From the human T2T-CHM13v2.0 reference genome, Homo sapiens: DNA of 64,000 nucleotides. Positions 40,401-58,002 of this stretch are shown in pieces. Positions within the stretch are counted from its first letter, which is position 1, and every line of letters starts with the position of its first letter. A program made the position numbers and the translations under genes. The DNA lies in the NCBI RefSeq assembly GCF_009914755.1, contig NC_060926.1; one strand, given 5' to 3'. Below the pieces are notes generated by a model. The model saw only the letters and a program-made list of their open reading frames with translations, ran no database searches and was not told where the DNA came from.

Positions 40401-43400
40401 CCACTGACAGCACTTGACAGGTCATCAAGAAAGAAAGTCAACAAAGAAACAATGGATTTAAACTATACCCTAGTACAGGACTATACCCAAATGGACTTAA
40501 CAGGTATTTACAGAATATTCCACCCAACAACCACAGAATATACATTCTATTCATTAGCACATGGAATGTTCTTCAAGATAGACCATATCATAGGCCACCA
40601 AACAAGTCTCAATAAATTTAAGAAAATTTAAATTATATCAAGTACTGTCTCTGACCACAGTTGAATAAAATTGGAAATCAACTCCAAAAGGAACCTTCAA
40701 AACCATGCAAATACATGGAAATTAAATAATCTGCTCCTGAATGATTACTGGGTCAACCATGAAATCAAGATGGAAATTTAAAAATTCTTTGAAGTGAACA
40801 ATAATAGTGACACAACCTATCAAAACCTTTGGGATACAGCAAAGGCAGTGCTAAAAGAAAAGTTCATAGCTTTAAATGCCTACATCAAAAAGTCTGAAAG
40901 AGCACAAACAGACAATCTAAGGTCACACCTCAAGAAACTAGAGAAACAAGAACAAACCAAACCCAAACTCAGCAGAAGAAAAGAAATAATAAATATCAGA
41001 GCAAAATGAAATGAAATTGCAACAAAAAACACAAAAAAATTCATCAAAAAGCCAGTTCTTTGAAAAGATAAGTAAAATTGATAGACCATTAGCGAGATTT
41101 AACTAAGAAGACAGAAGATACAAATAAGCTCAATTAGAAATGAAATGGGAGATATTACAACTGACATCACAGAAATACAAAAGATCATTTAAGGCTACTA
41201 CAAACACCTTCACACGCATAAACTAGAAAACCTAGAGGAGACGGATAAATTCCTGGAAATATACAACCCTCCTAGCTTAAACCAGGAAGAATTAGAAACC
41301 CTGAACTGACCAATAACAGGGGGATTCAAATAGTAATTTAAAAATTGCCCACAAAAAAAGTCAAGGACCAGCTGAATTCTATCAGACATTCAAAGAAGAA
41401 TTGGTACCAATTCTACTAAAACTATTCTACAAGATAAAGAGGGAATTTTCCCTAAATCATTCTATGAAGCCAGCATCACCCTAAATACCAAAACCAGGAA
41501 AGGACATAACAAAACATGAAACTATAGACCAATATATCTGATGAATATAGATGCAAAAATCCTTAACAAAATACTAGCTAACCAAATCCAACAGCATATC
41601 AAAAAGATAATTCACCATGATCAAGTGGGTTTCAAACCAGGGAGGCAGGGAAGGTTTAACATACGCAAGTCAATAAATGTGACAGACCACATAAACAGAA
41701 TAAAAAACAAAAATCACATGATCATCTCAATAGATGGAGAAAAGGCATCTGACAAAATCCAGCATCCCTTTATGATTAAATCCCTCAGCAAAATCAGCAT
41801 AAAAGGGACATACCTTAATGTAATAAAAGCCGTCTACGGACATACCCACAGCCAATATAATACGAAACAGGGAAACACTGAAAGCACTCCTGCTAAGAAC
41901 TGGAAAAAGAAAAGGATGCCCACCCTCTCCACTTCTATTCAACATAGTACTGGAAGTCTTAGCCAGAGCAATCAGACAAGAGAAGTAAAGGGCATCCAAA
42001 TCAGCAAAGAGGAATTCAAACTGTCACTGTTTGCTGATGATATGATCGTAGACCTAGAAAATCCTAAAGACTCCTCCAAAAAGCTCCTAGAACTGATAAA
42101 TGAATTCAGAAAAGTTTCAGGATACAAAATCAATGTACACAAATCAGTAGCACTGCTATACACCAACAGCAATCATGCAGAAAATCAAATCAAGAACTCA
42201 ACACCTTTTTTAATAGCTGCAAAGAAAAAAAAAACAACTTGGGAGTATACCTAACCAAGGAGGTGAAAGATCTCTACAAGGAAAACTATAAAACACTGCT
42301 GAAAGACATCACAGACGACACAAACAAATGGAAACATGTCCCGTGCTCATGGATGAGTACAATCAAAAATGTGAAAATGAACCTACTGCCAAAAGCAATA
42401 TACAAATTCAATGCAATTCCCATCAAAATAACACCATCTTTCTTCACAGAACTAGAAAAGACAATCCCAAAATTCATATGGAACCAAAAAAGAGCCCACA
42501 TAGCCAAGGCAAGACTAAGCAAAAAGAACAAACCTGGAGGCACTGCATTATCCAACTTCAAACTATACTACAAAGCTACAGTTATCAAAAAAGCATGGTA
42601 CTGATATAAAAATAGGCACTTAGACGAATGCAACAGAATAAGAACGCAGAAATAAGGCCAAATGCTTAAAGCCAACTGATCTTCGACAAAGCAAACAAAA
42701 ATATGAAGTAGGGGAAAGGACACCTTATTCAACAAATGGTGCTGGGATAATTGGCAAGCCACATGTAGAAGAATGAAACTGGATCCTCATCTCTCACCTT
42801 ATACAAAAATCAACTCAAGATGGATCAAGCACTTAAATCTAAGACCTGAAACCATAAAAATTATAGAAGATAACATTGAAAAAACCCTTCTAGACATTGG
42901 CTTAGGCAGTGACTTTACGACCAAGAACCCAAAAGCAAATGGAACAAAAACAATAAGTAGGTAGGACTTAATTAAACTAAAAAGTTTCTGCACAGCAAAA
43001 GAAACACTCAGCAGAGTAAACAGAAAACACAAACAGTGGGAGAAAATCTTCACAATCCATATATCTGACAAAGGACTAATATCCAGAATCTACACGGAAC
43101 TCAAACAAATTAGCAATAAAAAAACAAACAATCCCATCAAAAAGTGGGCTAAGGACATGAATAGATAATTTTCAAAAGAAGATATACAAATGGCCAACAA
43201 ACAAATTAAAAAATGCTCAACATCACTAATGATCAGGGAAATGCAAATCAAAGACAAAATGTGATACCACCTTACTCCTGCAAGAATTGGCCATAATCAA
43301 AAAAATTAAAAACCAACAGATGTTGGTGGGGATGCAGTGAAAGGGACCACTTTTACACTGCTGGTGGGAATGTAAACTAGTACAACCACTATGGAAAACA

Positions 43401-43990
43401 GTGTGGAGATTCCTTAAAGAACTAAATGTAAAACCATTTGATCCAGCAATCCAACTACTGAGTGTCTACCCAGAGGAAAAGAAGTCATTATACAAAAAAG
43501 ATACTTGTACACACGTTTATAGCAGCACAATTAGCAATTTCAAAAATATGGAACCAGCCCAAATGTCCATCAATCAATAAATGGATAAAGAAATTGTGGT
43601 ATATATATACCATGGAATACAATCCAGTCATAAAAAGGAATGAAATAATCACATTCGCAGCAACCTGGATGGAACTGGAGACCATTATTCTAAGGGAAGT
43701 AACTCAGGAATGGAAAACCAAACATCTTATGTTCTCACTCATAAGTGGGAGCTAAGCTATGAGGATGCAAAGGCATAAGGATGATACAATGGACTTTGGG
43801 GATTTAGGGGAAAGGATGGGAGGTGGGGTGAGGGATAAAAGACTATAAATTGGGTACAGTGTATACTGCTCGGGCTATGGGTGCACCAAGATCTCACAAA
43901 TCACTGAAGAATGTACTCATGTAACCAAACACCATCTGTTCCCCAAAAACCTATGGAAATTAAACAAATAAAATAAAATAAAAAATAAAA
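37430..43990 (+). mobile_element. Near full-length degenerate LINE-1 (L1PB-like): 5' UTR, ORF1 remnant (~38900-39840), ORF2 remnant (~39995-43755), 3' UTR and A-rich tail
   Basis: ORF1 peptide IIEENFPSLARDLDIQIQEAQRTP; endonuclease IIVGDFNTPL; [10 protein letters not shown]; many stops and frameshifts. Confidence 0.92.
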
Positions 43991-44223
43991 GGTTCATATT
44001 AGAAATATTAAAGATTGTACTATTAATACTTTTTTAAGTGATAATGATTCTTTAAAAAATTCTATTGAAACAAGCCAGATACAAAAAAGTATATACTTTA
44101 TACTTAAAAAAGTATATACTTTAGTGAGATTTAACTAAGAAAAGAAGACAGAAGATACAAATAAGCTCAATTAGAAATGAAATGGGAGATATTACAACTG
44201 ACATCACAGAAATACAAAAGATC

Positions 44224-44501
44224 AGACAGAGTTTCGCTCTGTCACCAGGCTGTAGTACAGTGGTGCAATCTCGGCTCACTGCAACTTCTGACTCTCTAGT
44301 TCAAGCGATTCTCCTGCCTCAGCCTCCCCAGTAGCTGGGATTACAGGCACACGCCACCACGCCCAGCTAATTTTTGTATTTTTAGTAGAGACGGAGTTTC
44401 ACCATTTTGGCCAGGCTGGTCTCAATCTCCTGACCTCGTGATTCACCAGCCTCGGCCTCCCAAAGTGCTGGGATTACAGGCGTGAGCCACTGTGCCTAGC
44501 C
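44224..44501 (-). mobile_element. Reverse AluS lacking its poly(A) tail
   Basis: AGACAGAGTTTCGCTCT... directly abuts L1-derived sequence; no T run. Confidence 0.88.
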
Positions 44502-44534
44502 AAAAAAAAGTATATTGTATCAGTACGTATGTAG

Positions 44535-45566
44535 GCAGCCCCAACTTTGACAGCCATGCAGGACCACAAAAATGACTGTACAAGCTGTCCAGGCAAAGTA
44601 ATCTTTAATAATCAATGAGAAAAATAATTTTTCCATAATTTTTAAATTTTAAGTCAAAATATAACTTTATTACTGTCATTTATAAGTGTATAGCAAAATT
44701 TTAAAAACTAGTATTTATTGAGTACATTGTAAATTAAAACATTAGGTACATTGAGAATTAACATGTTTTATTCTTTATAAAAAGTTTATCAAGAGTAGTT
44801 TGAACAGTGCTTGCCGCCCCTTATCAAAACAAAATACAGAGCAAGCATGTTTTTTATGTCTTGGCAAGTTGTTATACACCTTTCTAAGTTTGGATCAGCT
44901 TCCGTGTTTTACCCTTTATGCTTTCAATGGCATGAAACATCTCGGAGAGTTCTTTTAATGTGATGGCTTTTGCCAATGTCACGTCTACTGGGCTGCCTTC
45001 ATCCTTTTTGTCACAATCACTTTCTTCAATTATGTTGATAAGGTTGCCTTTATTAGTTTCCCTGGCTGCATATCTAGAATCTCTTTAATGGCAGCAGTGT
45101 CAACATTTCCATGACAGCTATTTCTTCCTTAATTCCCTTTACATTTGACTCAAATTTTGCTTCCAGTGTTGTAACTCTTGGTTTCTTTGTAGCATTTTCA
45201 TCTTTGATGGCCAATTCCCCCCTTTCAACTATCCATTTTATAAAATGTCACATGTTCATCACTGGGAAACGAGGAGGCAACAGAAAACAGACTTTGCTAT
45301 CTAAGCATAAACTGATTAACATGTCACTGATCAATCACCCACACACTTTAAAAGAAGTGATGTGATTGGTCACTGGTCATGATTTATATCTGTTATTTTC
45401 TTAGGGATTTGTAGATTAAAGAGCTAGCAGTAAGTTTGTACTTCATGCAATTACTCACAGTAATTACTCTGGTAACTGAAACTGTGTTGGTAGAGAACTG
45501 ATATTACTAAACTAAACCCTACTAACCAAATTAATGCATATAGAAACCATGCAAAGTGGGGACTCC
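44535..45566. mobile_element. Tigger-type DNA transposon relic (boundaries approximate)
   Basis: Degenerate inverted ends CCCCAACTTTG / CAAAGTGGGG. Confidence 0.5.
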
Positions 45567-46719
45567 CTCTAAGAAACCCAGATACAGGCAAAATTTACCT
45601 ATGGTAATAAGTGTCAGGCAATGGGGAGGAGGAGAACTGACTGGAAAGGAGAATAAGGAAACTATCTGGAGGGAAGGAAACGCTCTGTATCTTTTTTAAA
45701 GTATGGTTACACAGTTATATACAATTGTGTACATTCATCAAACTGACCATATGTTATTGCATATTAATGACCTGAATCTGAAAATATATATATATAGGAC
45801 CCCAAAAACTTAAATTCAGACAAAATTCTAAAATAAATTCTAAAGGATATTTTTTCTAACAGAAAATAAAGGACCCCAGATCACTCAAAGGCAACAAAAG
45901 GAATGAAGGGCAATGAAAAGAATAAATGTACAGGTAAATCTAAACAAATATTGACTGAGCAAACAACAGTAAGTGTTTTATTCAGTTTATATATATAGTT
46001 ATACACACATGTATGTATATGTGTTATTAAAATATTTGGCTAAAAATGGTACAGAAGTTAAGATGGGTAAATGGAGTTACTGTTCTAAGGTTCTTGCAAT
46101 TCTCAGGTAATCACTAAAAGAATAATAAATGAGTTTATGACTTCTAGAATGATTTCTAAGCTGACAGAAAACAATAAAATGATTTTTTAAATACCCCATC
46201 AATCCAAAAGAAGGCAAGAAAAGAATCATACAATTGATAATAACAGAAAGCATACAAGACATTAGATTTAAACCCAAAGATATAAGTAAATAAAATACAA
46301 ATGGACCAAATGATCCAGTTAAAATACAAAAGATGTCAGATTAAATTTTAAAAACTTAACATATGCTATTTGTGAAAGATGTCTAAAACATAAGGACACT
46401 GAAAGGTTGACAGCAAAAGAAAATATTTTTCATGAAAATGAATACTGAAAGAAAATTGGTATAGCTATGTTAATATCACACAAAGAGGTAAGAAATATGA
46501 GTAGAGATAAAGAAAGTCACTTAGTAATAGAAAAATTGTAAACGTATATGCACCTAATAACATACCATCAAAATATATAATGAAAAAATTGACAGGTCTC
46601 CAAGGACAAAAAATTTTTATACAGAAAATAGTAAATATCAAAACCTTTAGAATATACCTAAAGAAGTATTTTGAGGATAATTTAAAGCTTTACATGTTTC
46701 TATTAGAAAAAAAGGCCTA

Positions 46720-47968
<1,249 letters not shown>

Positions 47969-49101
47969 TTAGTTAACATAGACCAACAATAAGTAACAAG
48001 CATAATATAGTGTGACCAATCTATATTTATTCTACCCTGTAAAGTTGGTTTAGTATTACAAAATTAATCAGTGCAAGTTCACATTTTAACAGAATAAGGG
48101 AGAAAAATAATGTGACCATCTAAATACATGAATAAAAATTATCAGATCAATTTCAACATTCATGTATGATTTTTTAGTATCTGGGCAAAATAAAAATAGG
48201 AGAAAATTTTCTTAAATCTAATATTACATAGTTATCAAAGAACCTACAAGAAATATATTGAATAGTTAATTAGAAGTAATTCACATATAACAAGGCAAGA
48301 AAAATAAAATGTATAAGAATTAGAGAGGCAGGAAAAGAATACTTGCAGATAACATGATTTTATGTACACAAATAAAAAAACTTCTGTAGGTGGGTTATTA
48401 AAATTAATGAAAAGTTAGCAGGACTGTTGGATACCACACCAAAATACAAAAATCAATTTTATTTTTACATAACAGCCACAATTTTTAAAAACAGTTAAAA
48501 TCATCTCAAAATACTGAGTACCTACGAATTTAACAAAATAAATGTAAGACCTCTCTACACACAAAAAATAGGAAACATTATAGAGCAAAACTGAAAAATA
48601 TAGAGAGATATACAATGCTTATGGTGGCCCAGAAGACTCAAATAACATAAAAATAAATGATTTAAAAATTAATCTATGATTCAACTCAATGCCATTAAAA
48701 TCTTAATAGTGTTTTTCTTTTTTGGGGTGGACTTTGACCAGCTCACTCTAAAATTTATATGAAAATTGAAAATGCAAAGGGCCGGCAATAGTCAAGACTT
48801 TCTTGATGAATAACAAGGTAGATTTGTTCTTATAGGTTTAACACTTTTACAGTTATAGTAATTAGGAAAGTTTTGTAATGGTACAAGAACCATGTAAAAG
48901 ACAAATGGAACAGATTATTGACCCTAGAAATAAACACATACATAGATATTTATTTTTAAGAAAAACATCTCTGCAGAGCAGTAAAGGACAATCTTTTCAA
49001 CAAATATTACTGGGAAAATTGAGTAATCATGTATTAAAAAGCAAAATAAAACAAAACTTGACCACTGCCTCACAACATACACAAAAATACACTCCTGGTA
49101 G

Positions 49102-49835
<734 letters not shown>

Positions 49836-50446
49836 GCATAAATCAAATGGGAAAGATGAATAAATCTGACTACATAAATAACGTCTGTTAATAAAAAGAT
49901 ACTTTTATTTTTGTAGAGACAAGGTCTTGCTATGTTGCCTAGGCTTATTTCAAAGTCCTGGCCTCAAGTAATCCTCCTCCCTTGGCCCCTCAAAGTGCTG
50001 GGATTACAGGCATGAGCCACTGTCCCCAGCCCAAGACAAGCTTTCTTGGAGAACATCAACAGTAGGCTAGATGAAGTAGAAAAAAATAATTTGTAAACTT
50101 GAAGGCAGGTCATTAGAAAATACCCAGAGGATAAAAAAGAAAAAAGAGTAAAAAGAAATGAAGAAAGCCTATGGGATATATGGGACACTATCAAGAGAGC
50201 TAACATTAACAAAGAATTATAAAAACAAAAGGAGAGAGAGAGAAAAGAACAAAAAGATAAAGAACTAAAGATTCAGCCTCAAGAAAGGAGGAAATTCTGT
50301 CATATGCTACAACGTGGACAAACACTGAAATTATGCTAAGTGAAATAAGACAACCAGAGAAATACTACTCAATACTCCACTTACAAGATGTCTCTAAACA
50401 GTTAAACTCAGAAACAGAAAGTAAAATGGTAGTTGCCAAGGATTGA

Positions 50447-51664
<1,218 letters not shown>

Positions 51665-52529
51665 TTGTTAAGAAAGACCAGGCCCGGTGGCTCATGCCTG
51701 TAATCTCAGCATTAATAGGAGTGTGAACTACTATTTTTCTTTCTTAAGTTCCGGGGTACATGTGCAGAACATGCAGGTGTGTTACACAGGTAAACATGTG
51801 CCACGGTGGTTTGCCGCACAGATCAACCCGTCACCTAGATATTAAGCTATTACTATTTTTCAATGTTCATAGATGCAATGAAATTCAACCTTACTGAATC
51901 TGTAGAACCTCTGTTTCTCACAGCAACAGATACTAAAAGTAAAACCACTCATGTAGAGGTCTTCAAAAACTCATTCTCCCAAGCTTATTGCTGTAGGCTG
52001 CTTCAATTGATACATCTTCGGCAACCATGCCAGTACACAGGAAAGGCTAAGTATAGTACTTGCATTCAATTAATAGATGCTCCATCACGTGCTCCTATTT
52101 CTCTGTTACGGCTTTTCATTATATTCTAAATCACCCTTTTTCTAAGCAACTGCCAAACCTGTGCTTTGTGTTTTCTTATACTGTTCATATCCCCAAACAG
52201 AATTTAAAGTTATAAAGGTAAACAATCAAAGTCAAATATATTCTGTACCCAGAAGAGCTTTGTAAAAGCTATTTCAGTTAAAAGTTGAAGTTTTTTACAA
52301 ATGTAAAGTAAGATTACTAGAAGTGTGATTCCTAGTTAAGTGTGGCATTACCAGCCTGTGATTGAGCTCAGGAAAATTGTTCACTGTGTGCCAAGGGTTC
52401 CTACAACTGCTTTTCAATAATCCTCTCAGAAACTGAACTCAACAAATAATTTTCATTATAAAATACACTATAAAAAGCAGAGCTATAGTTATAGTAAACT
52501 GTTGGTTGTTTAAAGGTGATTTAGTTTAC

Positions 52530-52681
52530 CTCAAAGAATTATTCTCTGCTTTTTGTCTGCCAAGTTCACTTTCGGTATCCATTGCCTTTCTTGCTAGTGA
52601 TTTCATTTCTTTTTCCACAGTGCTTATGGTTTCCTTCATCAAAGTCATATTTGACATTTGCTCCATACGTTCATCATCAAG
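52530..52681 (-). CDS. TSGA10: TSGA10 coding exon ([18 protein letters not shown]...KAENNSLR)
   Basis: 152 nt, TAG|CTT ... AG|GTAAAC, phase 0-2. Confidence 0.94.
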
Positions 52682-52998
52682 CTATACAAGTAGAATGACA
52701 AGGTTACTGCCATCACTAAAAACACCTTAGTAATCTTCCTGAAGGGCATACTCCCTCTGTACAAACTGGTTTATGGCAAGACTGACAGGATGAGATTATC
52801 AGGTTAGACCTGACTGCTGTAGAAGGTTTTACAGATAAGGTGTTGTGAAGTAGGACCAAGGAAAAGCCACTGCAAAGTAAAGCTTATCACAGTATATCAG
52901 TCTATATTTTTCAATCTGGTTCAATTTGACTATAGTATAAATATGCTGTTTGCAAAAGAATTTATTTGTTGCCCAACATTAATAAATTACACATATAA

Positions 52999-53365
<367 letters not shown>

Positions 53366-53921
53366 TAAAACAGTACAGATGAACTTATAAATATATTCAA
53401 TTATATTTGGTAATAGAAAGTTAAATTCTCTTATGTTTATATAGTGACAATATCATCAATATATATTCGTAGCAATATCAAATCTGATTAGGAAAAAGGT
53501 GATGTTTCACATTTAAATTTAGTTTAAATAAACTTTGCTTATAATTTTTATTTCATCATAATTTTCTCTCCTTATCCACTCTTTAGGTAGAATAAACCAT
53601 TTTCTTTACATCTGGCAATATTATCTTTAACAAAATATGGAGATGAGAAAGTAGATAAGATCCCTGAAAATGAATGCCTAATGATTTTTTTAAAGTACAT
53701 ACTTTGCAACCTAACACCAAAAAACATTTACTCACATTTTTAGAAGGAAATAAACAAATGAAAAAGTGACAATTTACACTATAAAATACCTTAAGTATTT
53801 TAGGACTATAAACACTATCTTAGAAAAATAAAATAACTTCTCTGAATACAGAAAAAGGAGAAAGGGGAAAGCCATTGAGTGTTTATAGCCAAAAGAGACT
53901 TTTCTTTTTTTTTTTTTTTAC

Positions 53922-53999
53922 ATTATGAACTGTACACTCCAGCTCCTCTATCCTTTGTTCCAGGTGAGCCTTCTCATTAAATGCTGTCTCTTGAGCAAT
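53922..53999 (-). CDS. TSGA10: TSGA10 coding exon (IAQETAFNEKAHLEQRIEELECTVHN)
   Basis: 78 nt after a 90-nt intron; CAG|ATT ... AAT|GTAAAA, phase 0-0. Confidence 0.92.
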
Positions 54000-54089
54000 C
54001 TGATTAAAAAGCAAAAACAAAATAAAGTGATTTCAATATCCCTGAATTTGTGTTTCACATATATTCACGTAAATAAAATCCTTTCCAAC

Positions 54090-54260
54090 CTTTAGCCTCT
54101 CCCTTAGACTATCTCGTTCTGTGGTCATTCTTCGTAAATCAGTAAAGGCTACATCTCTTTCAGTCTCCACTCGCCGGAGAATAGCATGTGCCGTTGTTGA
54201 TTTAGGACTCTTACAGCTTTTCATCATTTCTCGTCGAAGTCGGGTAATTTCTTCCTGTGC
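54090..54260 (-). CDS. TSGA10: TSGA10 coding exon ([21 protein letters not shown]...DSLRERLK)
   Basis: 171 nt, AG|GCA ... AAG|GTTGG, phase 0-0. Confidence 0.95.
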
Positions 54261-56102
54261 CTATTATTTAAATCATAGACTTTGGTTGAACAAGCTTTAG
54301 AACACATAAACATAAAAAATTTTATGTATCTAGCCAGTTAAAATGCAAACCTACATCAACATGCATGCAGCAGGGTAATGGTATCGCTTTTATTTTAAAA
54401 TAAGCTTATACAAATAAATGAAAATGAATATATTTAAATAGAAGTTCATGTTACAACATCTTTGCCAAAAGTCTAAAATAAAATTAATTTGGAGGAAGTC
54501 ATTGCAACAGAGAATGTTTTGCTAAGAAATATATTTGGTATACTCCATTTATTCATTTTGTAGTGTAAATTTAAATTCAGCACAATTTAGACAGACTACC
54601 GGTTTAATGAATATTATCATAGTGTTTCAGTCTTCCTAAATATAAATGCATATGCCATTCCTATGTCTTGGCTACTTCTGCCCTGACAGAAAGGCCCACC
54701 AATCCTTACTGATAACCCAACAGAGTCTCTGCACGTCTGTTCAACCATCCTTGGGTCCCAAATCTATTCCAAACCTGCAGATTATTTAATATCACAGTTC
54801 GCTGCACAGGTCTCTTTTCCTCTTGATTTTGATCACTGTCTATTCAGATAGTCTCCAAGCCCCAAAGGAAAATATATAACTTCCCAATTTCCACAGCTAA
54901 GCCTTCACCAGAACCCCAAACCTCATCTCCTAAAGTGTCTTCTAAGATCTCCCTGACTCAATTATAATTATTTCTTCTCATCTTGAATAGTACCCTCTCC
55001 ACTGGCACTTTCTCCCCTGCCTTCAGTCATGTACAGTGCTCCCTTATCTTGAAAACCTGTCACTTGATCCTGCTGACCAATTTACCATCCTATGTCTCTT
55101 CTTCCTGCGACACATTAAAAAAAAAAAGTCCCATGGTCTATAACTATTGCCAATGGTTCCTTACCATCCATTCTATCACCCCAGAACAACCTGGCTCCCA
55201 CCCTCCCACCTTCTGTGGAATTTCAACTAAAGACCTAACCAAATATAATGGTCTTTTCTCAGTTCCTGTTCTCCTTGATATTTCAGTGGTCTGTTGCTGC
55301 TCACAACATCCTTCTTCTTGAGATTCCTTCCTCCCTTTTAACATTGTTCCTCCCTAGCTGTCTGTCATCTTTGTCTCTTTCAAAGGTTCCCTTCTGCATC
55401 TTGAATATTATAACTTAACGTTTCTGCTCCTCTATGTACAGTTTTCTCATTCAGAGACTTCATCCACTCTGAAGGCTCGAAGCTCACCTCTAAGCAGATG
55501 ACTTCCAAAGCTAACTATTTAACTCTTGCCTCTCTCTACTCCAGTCCCACATTTCTTACAGTCTGATGGCAATTACGACCTGAGTGTGCTATCATTATCT
55601 TACTCTGTCTAAAAACAAACTCACATCTTTTTCCTCAAACCACCAATGACTCTCCTATTTTTTATTTTATTACCACATTGCTGAGTCATTCAAGACAGAA
55701 TTTTAGTCACTGTCATGCAACCCTCCTTCTTCCTAAAAGCAAATCATGTCAAATCTTCCTTCACAGGGTCTTTTGCATCTGTCCCTATATTTATCTCCAT
55801 TGAAACACCCTTGCTTAGTCCCTTAATGCCTTATATGTGCACTAGTGTAACAGCCTTCTAAAGAGGAGTCCATGGTCTCTCCCTCCATCAATTCTCTCAA
55901 AGGAGAAATTGTTAAATAAGAAGACAGTATAGAAAGATTATGTGAGAAATAAAAATTTGCCATAAGGTTAAAATTGTAAAATTGTAAAAATGATACTTTG
56001 TTCATATTTTGCCTGCCTTTAAAAAAAAAAGATTGTTTGTTGCTTATGAAGCAAAATATAAACCCCATATAAGGCCCATTGAACAGCCTGTACCATTTAG
56101 TC

Positions 56103-56435
56103 CAGAAGTCAGCAAGCTATATATAACTCACAGGCCACATCTAGCCTGCCTCCTGTAGGTCTGTAAGTGGAGAAATATTTTTGCATTTTTAAATGGTTGG
56201 GGAAAATATCAAAAGAGTATTTTAAAACAAGTAAAAATGATGTGAAATTCAAATTTCAGTATCCATAAAGTTTTACTGTAATACAGCCAAAGTTATTCAT
56301 TTATGTATTGTCCAAAGCTGCTTTCACCCTACAACAATAGGGCTGATTAGTTACAACAGAGACCACATGGCTTGCAAAGCAGAAGATATTTTTTGTCTGG
56401 GCCTTACAGAAAAAGTATATTGATTCCTGCTCTAG
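56103..56435. mobile_element. MER58-like hAT DNA transposon relic
   Basis: CAGAAGTCAGCAAGCT...GGCCACATCTAGCCTGC start; TCTGGGCCTTACAGAAAAAG...CCTGCTCTAG end. Confidence 0.65.
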
Positions 56436-57395
56436 TGCAATCTTACCTTTCAAGTCTTAGCTCTCTCCCTTCTCCACTGACACATACCCTCTATTCTAGT
56501 CTTAAACCAATTTATTTATCTGCTGATTTTCCTACCTTTATCCTTTGCCTCATACCATTCCTTTAGTTTGGATTGTTCCTTCTAGCCCCTTTCAGGGTAA
56601 TAGAAACTCCATTCATTTTTCAGGGCTCACACTTTGTATCTTTTAATAAAGATTTCCTTGATCACCATATCTAAAAATGCCCACTTCTTTTGTTTCTTAT
56701 AATATCTTCTAGACCACTTAATAAAAATCAATAAATACAATATACTTTATCTCCCTAACTAGACTGTAAATTTATAGGAAAACATGGTCAGCATCTTATC
56801 ATTTTTCTATCCCTTAGAGTAGTGAGCCTAGAACCCTGTGTATAGTAGCTATAATTTGTTAAAAAATTGTGATACTTTTAAAAGAAGTTATATGGGTGAT
56901 TTATAGGATTTAATACTTGTTGGGTTAAAGAAGGTATTTGATTAATAAAAGCTATGCAATTCTAAGCTAGAAAGCAGAGATAAACTACATACTTCTTTTA
57001 TTCTCTAAAATTAAGCAAATTATATAAAAGTTCCTAAAGTGATGTGATAAGGTGTGGCAAGTTCAAGGTAAAAAGGTCAGGATTTGATCTTTTTACCTTG
57101 AACTCATAACAACTTATCATTTAACGGTTTCTTCATATCTTATTCCAAAAATAAGACTATTTTTATACATGTGTATGATTTTTGGCTATGGGGATAACAT
57201 ACGTGTGTACTCACATACCTACTGTATTGGAAATGTACTACATTTCATTAAGAATATCTTAAAAACATATGTAATCCCCAAATGTTAGATTAACTTGATT
57301 TGCAGGTTTAAGCAGTCTCATAAAACTCAAAGAAGAATTACATAACTCTAGAACTCAATGTTATTACTTATATAATTTGTTTTTTGTAAGTTTAC

Positions 57396-57554
57396 CTGTT
57401 CATAAAGAAGGAAGATCTTGTCTCTCTCAGATTTAAGAACCTTGACATTACCCTGAATTTCTGCCAAATGGCGCTCATATTTTTCCAGCATGCATTTAAG
57501 TTCTTCACGATCTCTTGTTGTTGTCTTCAAAAGTTCTACATCACAGTTTGCACC
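57396..57554 (-). CDS. TSGA10: TSGA10 coding exon (GANCDVELLKTTTRDREEL...IFLLYEQ)
   Basis: 159 nt, AG|GGT ... CAG|GTAAAC, phase 0-0; overlaps ORF 57348..57530. Confidence 0.95.
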
Positions 57555-57951
57555 CTATAATTATATAAGGAATTTGAAATCTTCTTTGATATATAGTACT
57601 GATAGAAAGGTGCTACTGATGGTAGTGCCCAATTTCTATTTAAGAAAATAAGACTATATAATGAAAGGAAATTATAAAAAATAAGTTTAAAAACCACATC
57701 TTTTTAAAACAGCTTCATTCCAAATTATTCCACATTTGCCTGATTACCTCCCAAGTGCTAATTATGCTGAGGATAAAGAACCAATATCAGTAGTCTACTG
57801 TGCCATCAAAGAGACCTCTGTCTCTCAACCCCTTTGAAACAGCAATTCACAGCAAATCAAAACAAATTATTTTCAAATTAGGTAAAACAAAGAATAAAAG
57901 CCAGTGTCTGGGCAACAAACTCCAAAATATTTGTAAGTTTATAAAACCTAC

Positions 57952-58002
57952 CCGGGCAGTTGGTGATGGGCGTCTTGGACTTTTAGACCTACTTCGCATC
58001 AT
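57952..58002 (-). CDS. TSGA10: TSGA10 first coding segment (MMRSRSKSPRRPSPTAR); the exon itself extends 5' to acceptor AGs giving starts at 58119 or 58109
   Basis: ATG at 58002-58000, 17 codons, donor CGG|GTAGGT, phase 0; the peptide matches the recalled TSGA10 N-terminus. Confidence 0.93.

Noticed and set aside
39399-43755. L1 ORF1/ORF2 reading frames as an active retrotransposon or novel RT system
   Set aside because: Fragmented by stops, frameshifts and an internal deletion in the endonuclease region; an ordinary old L1
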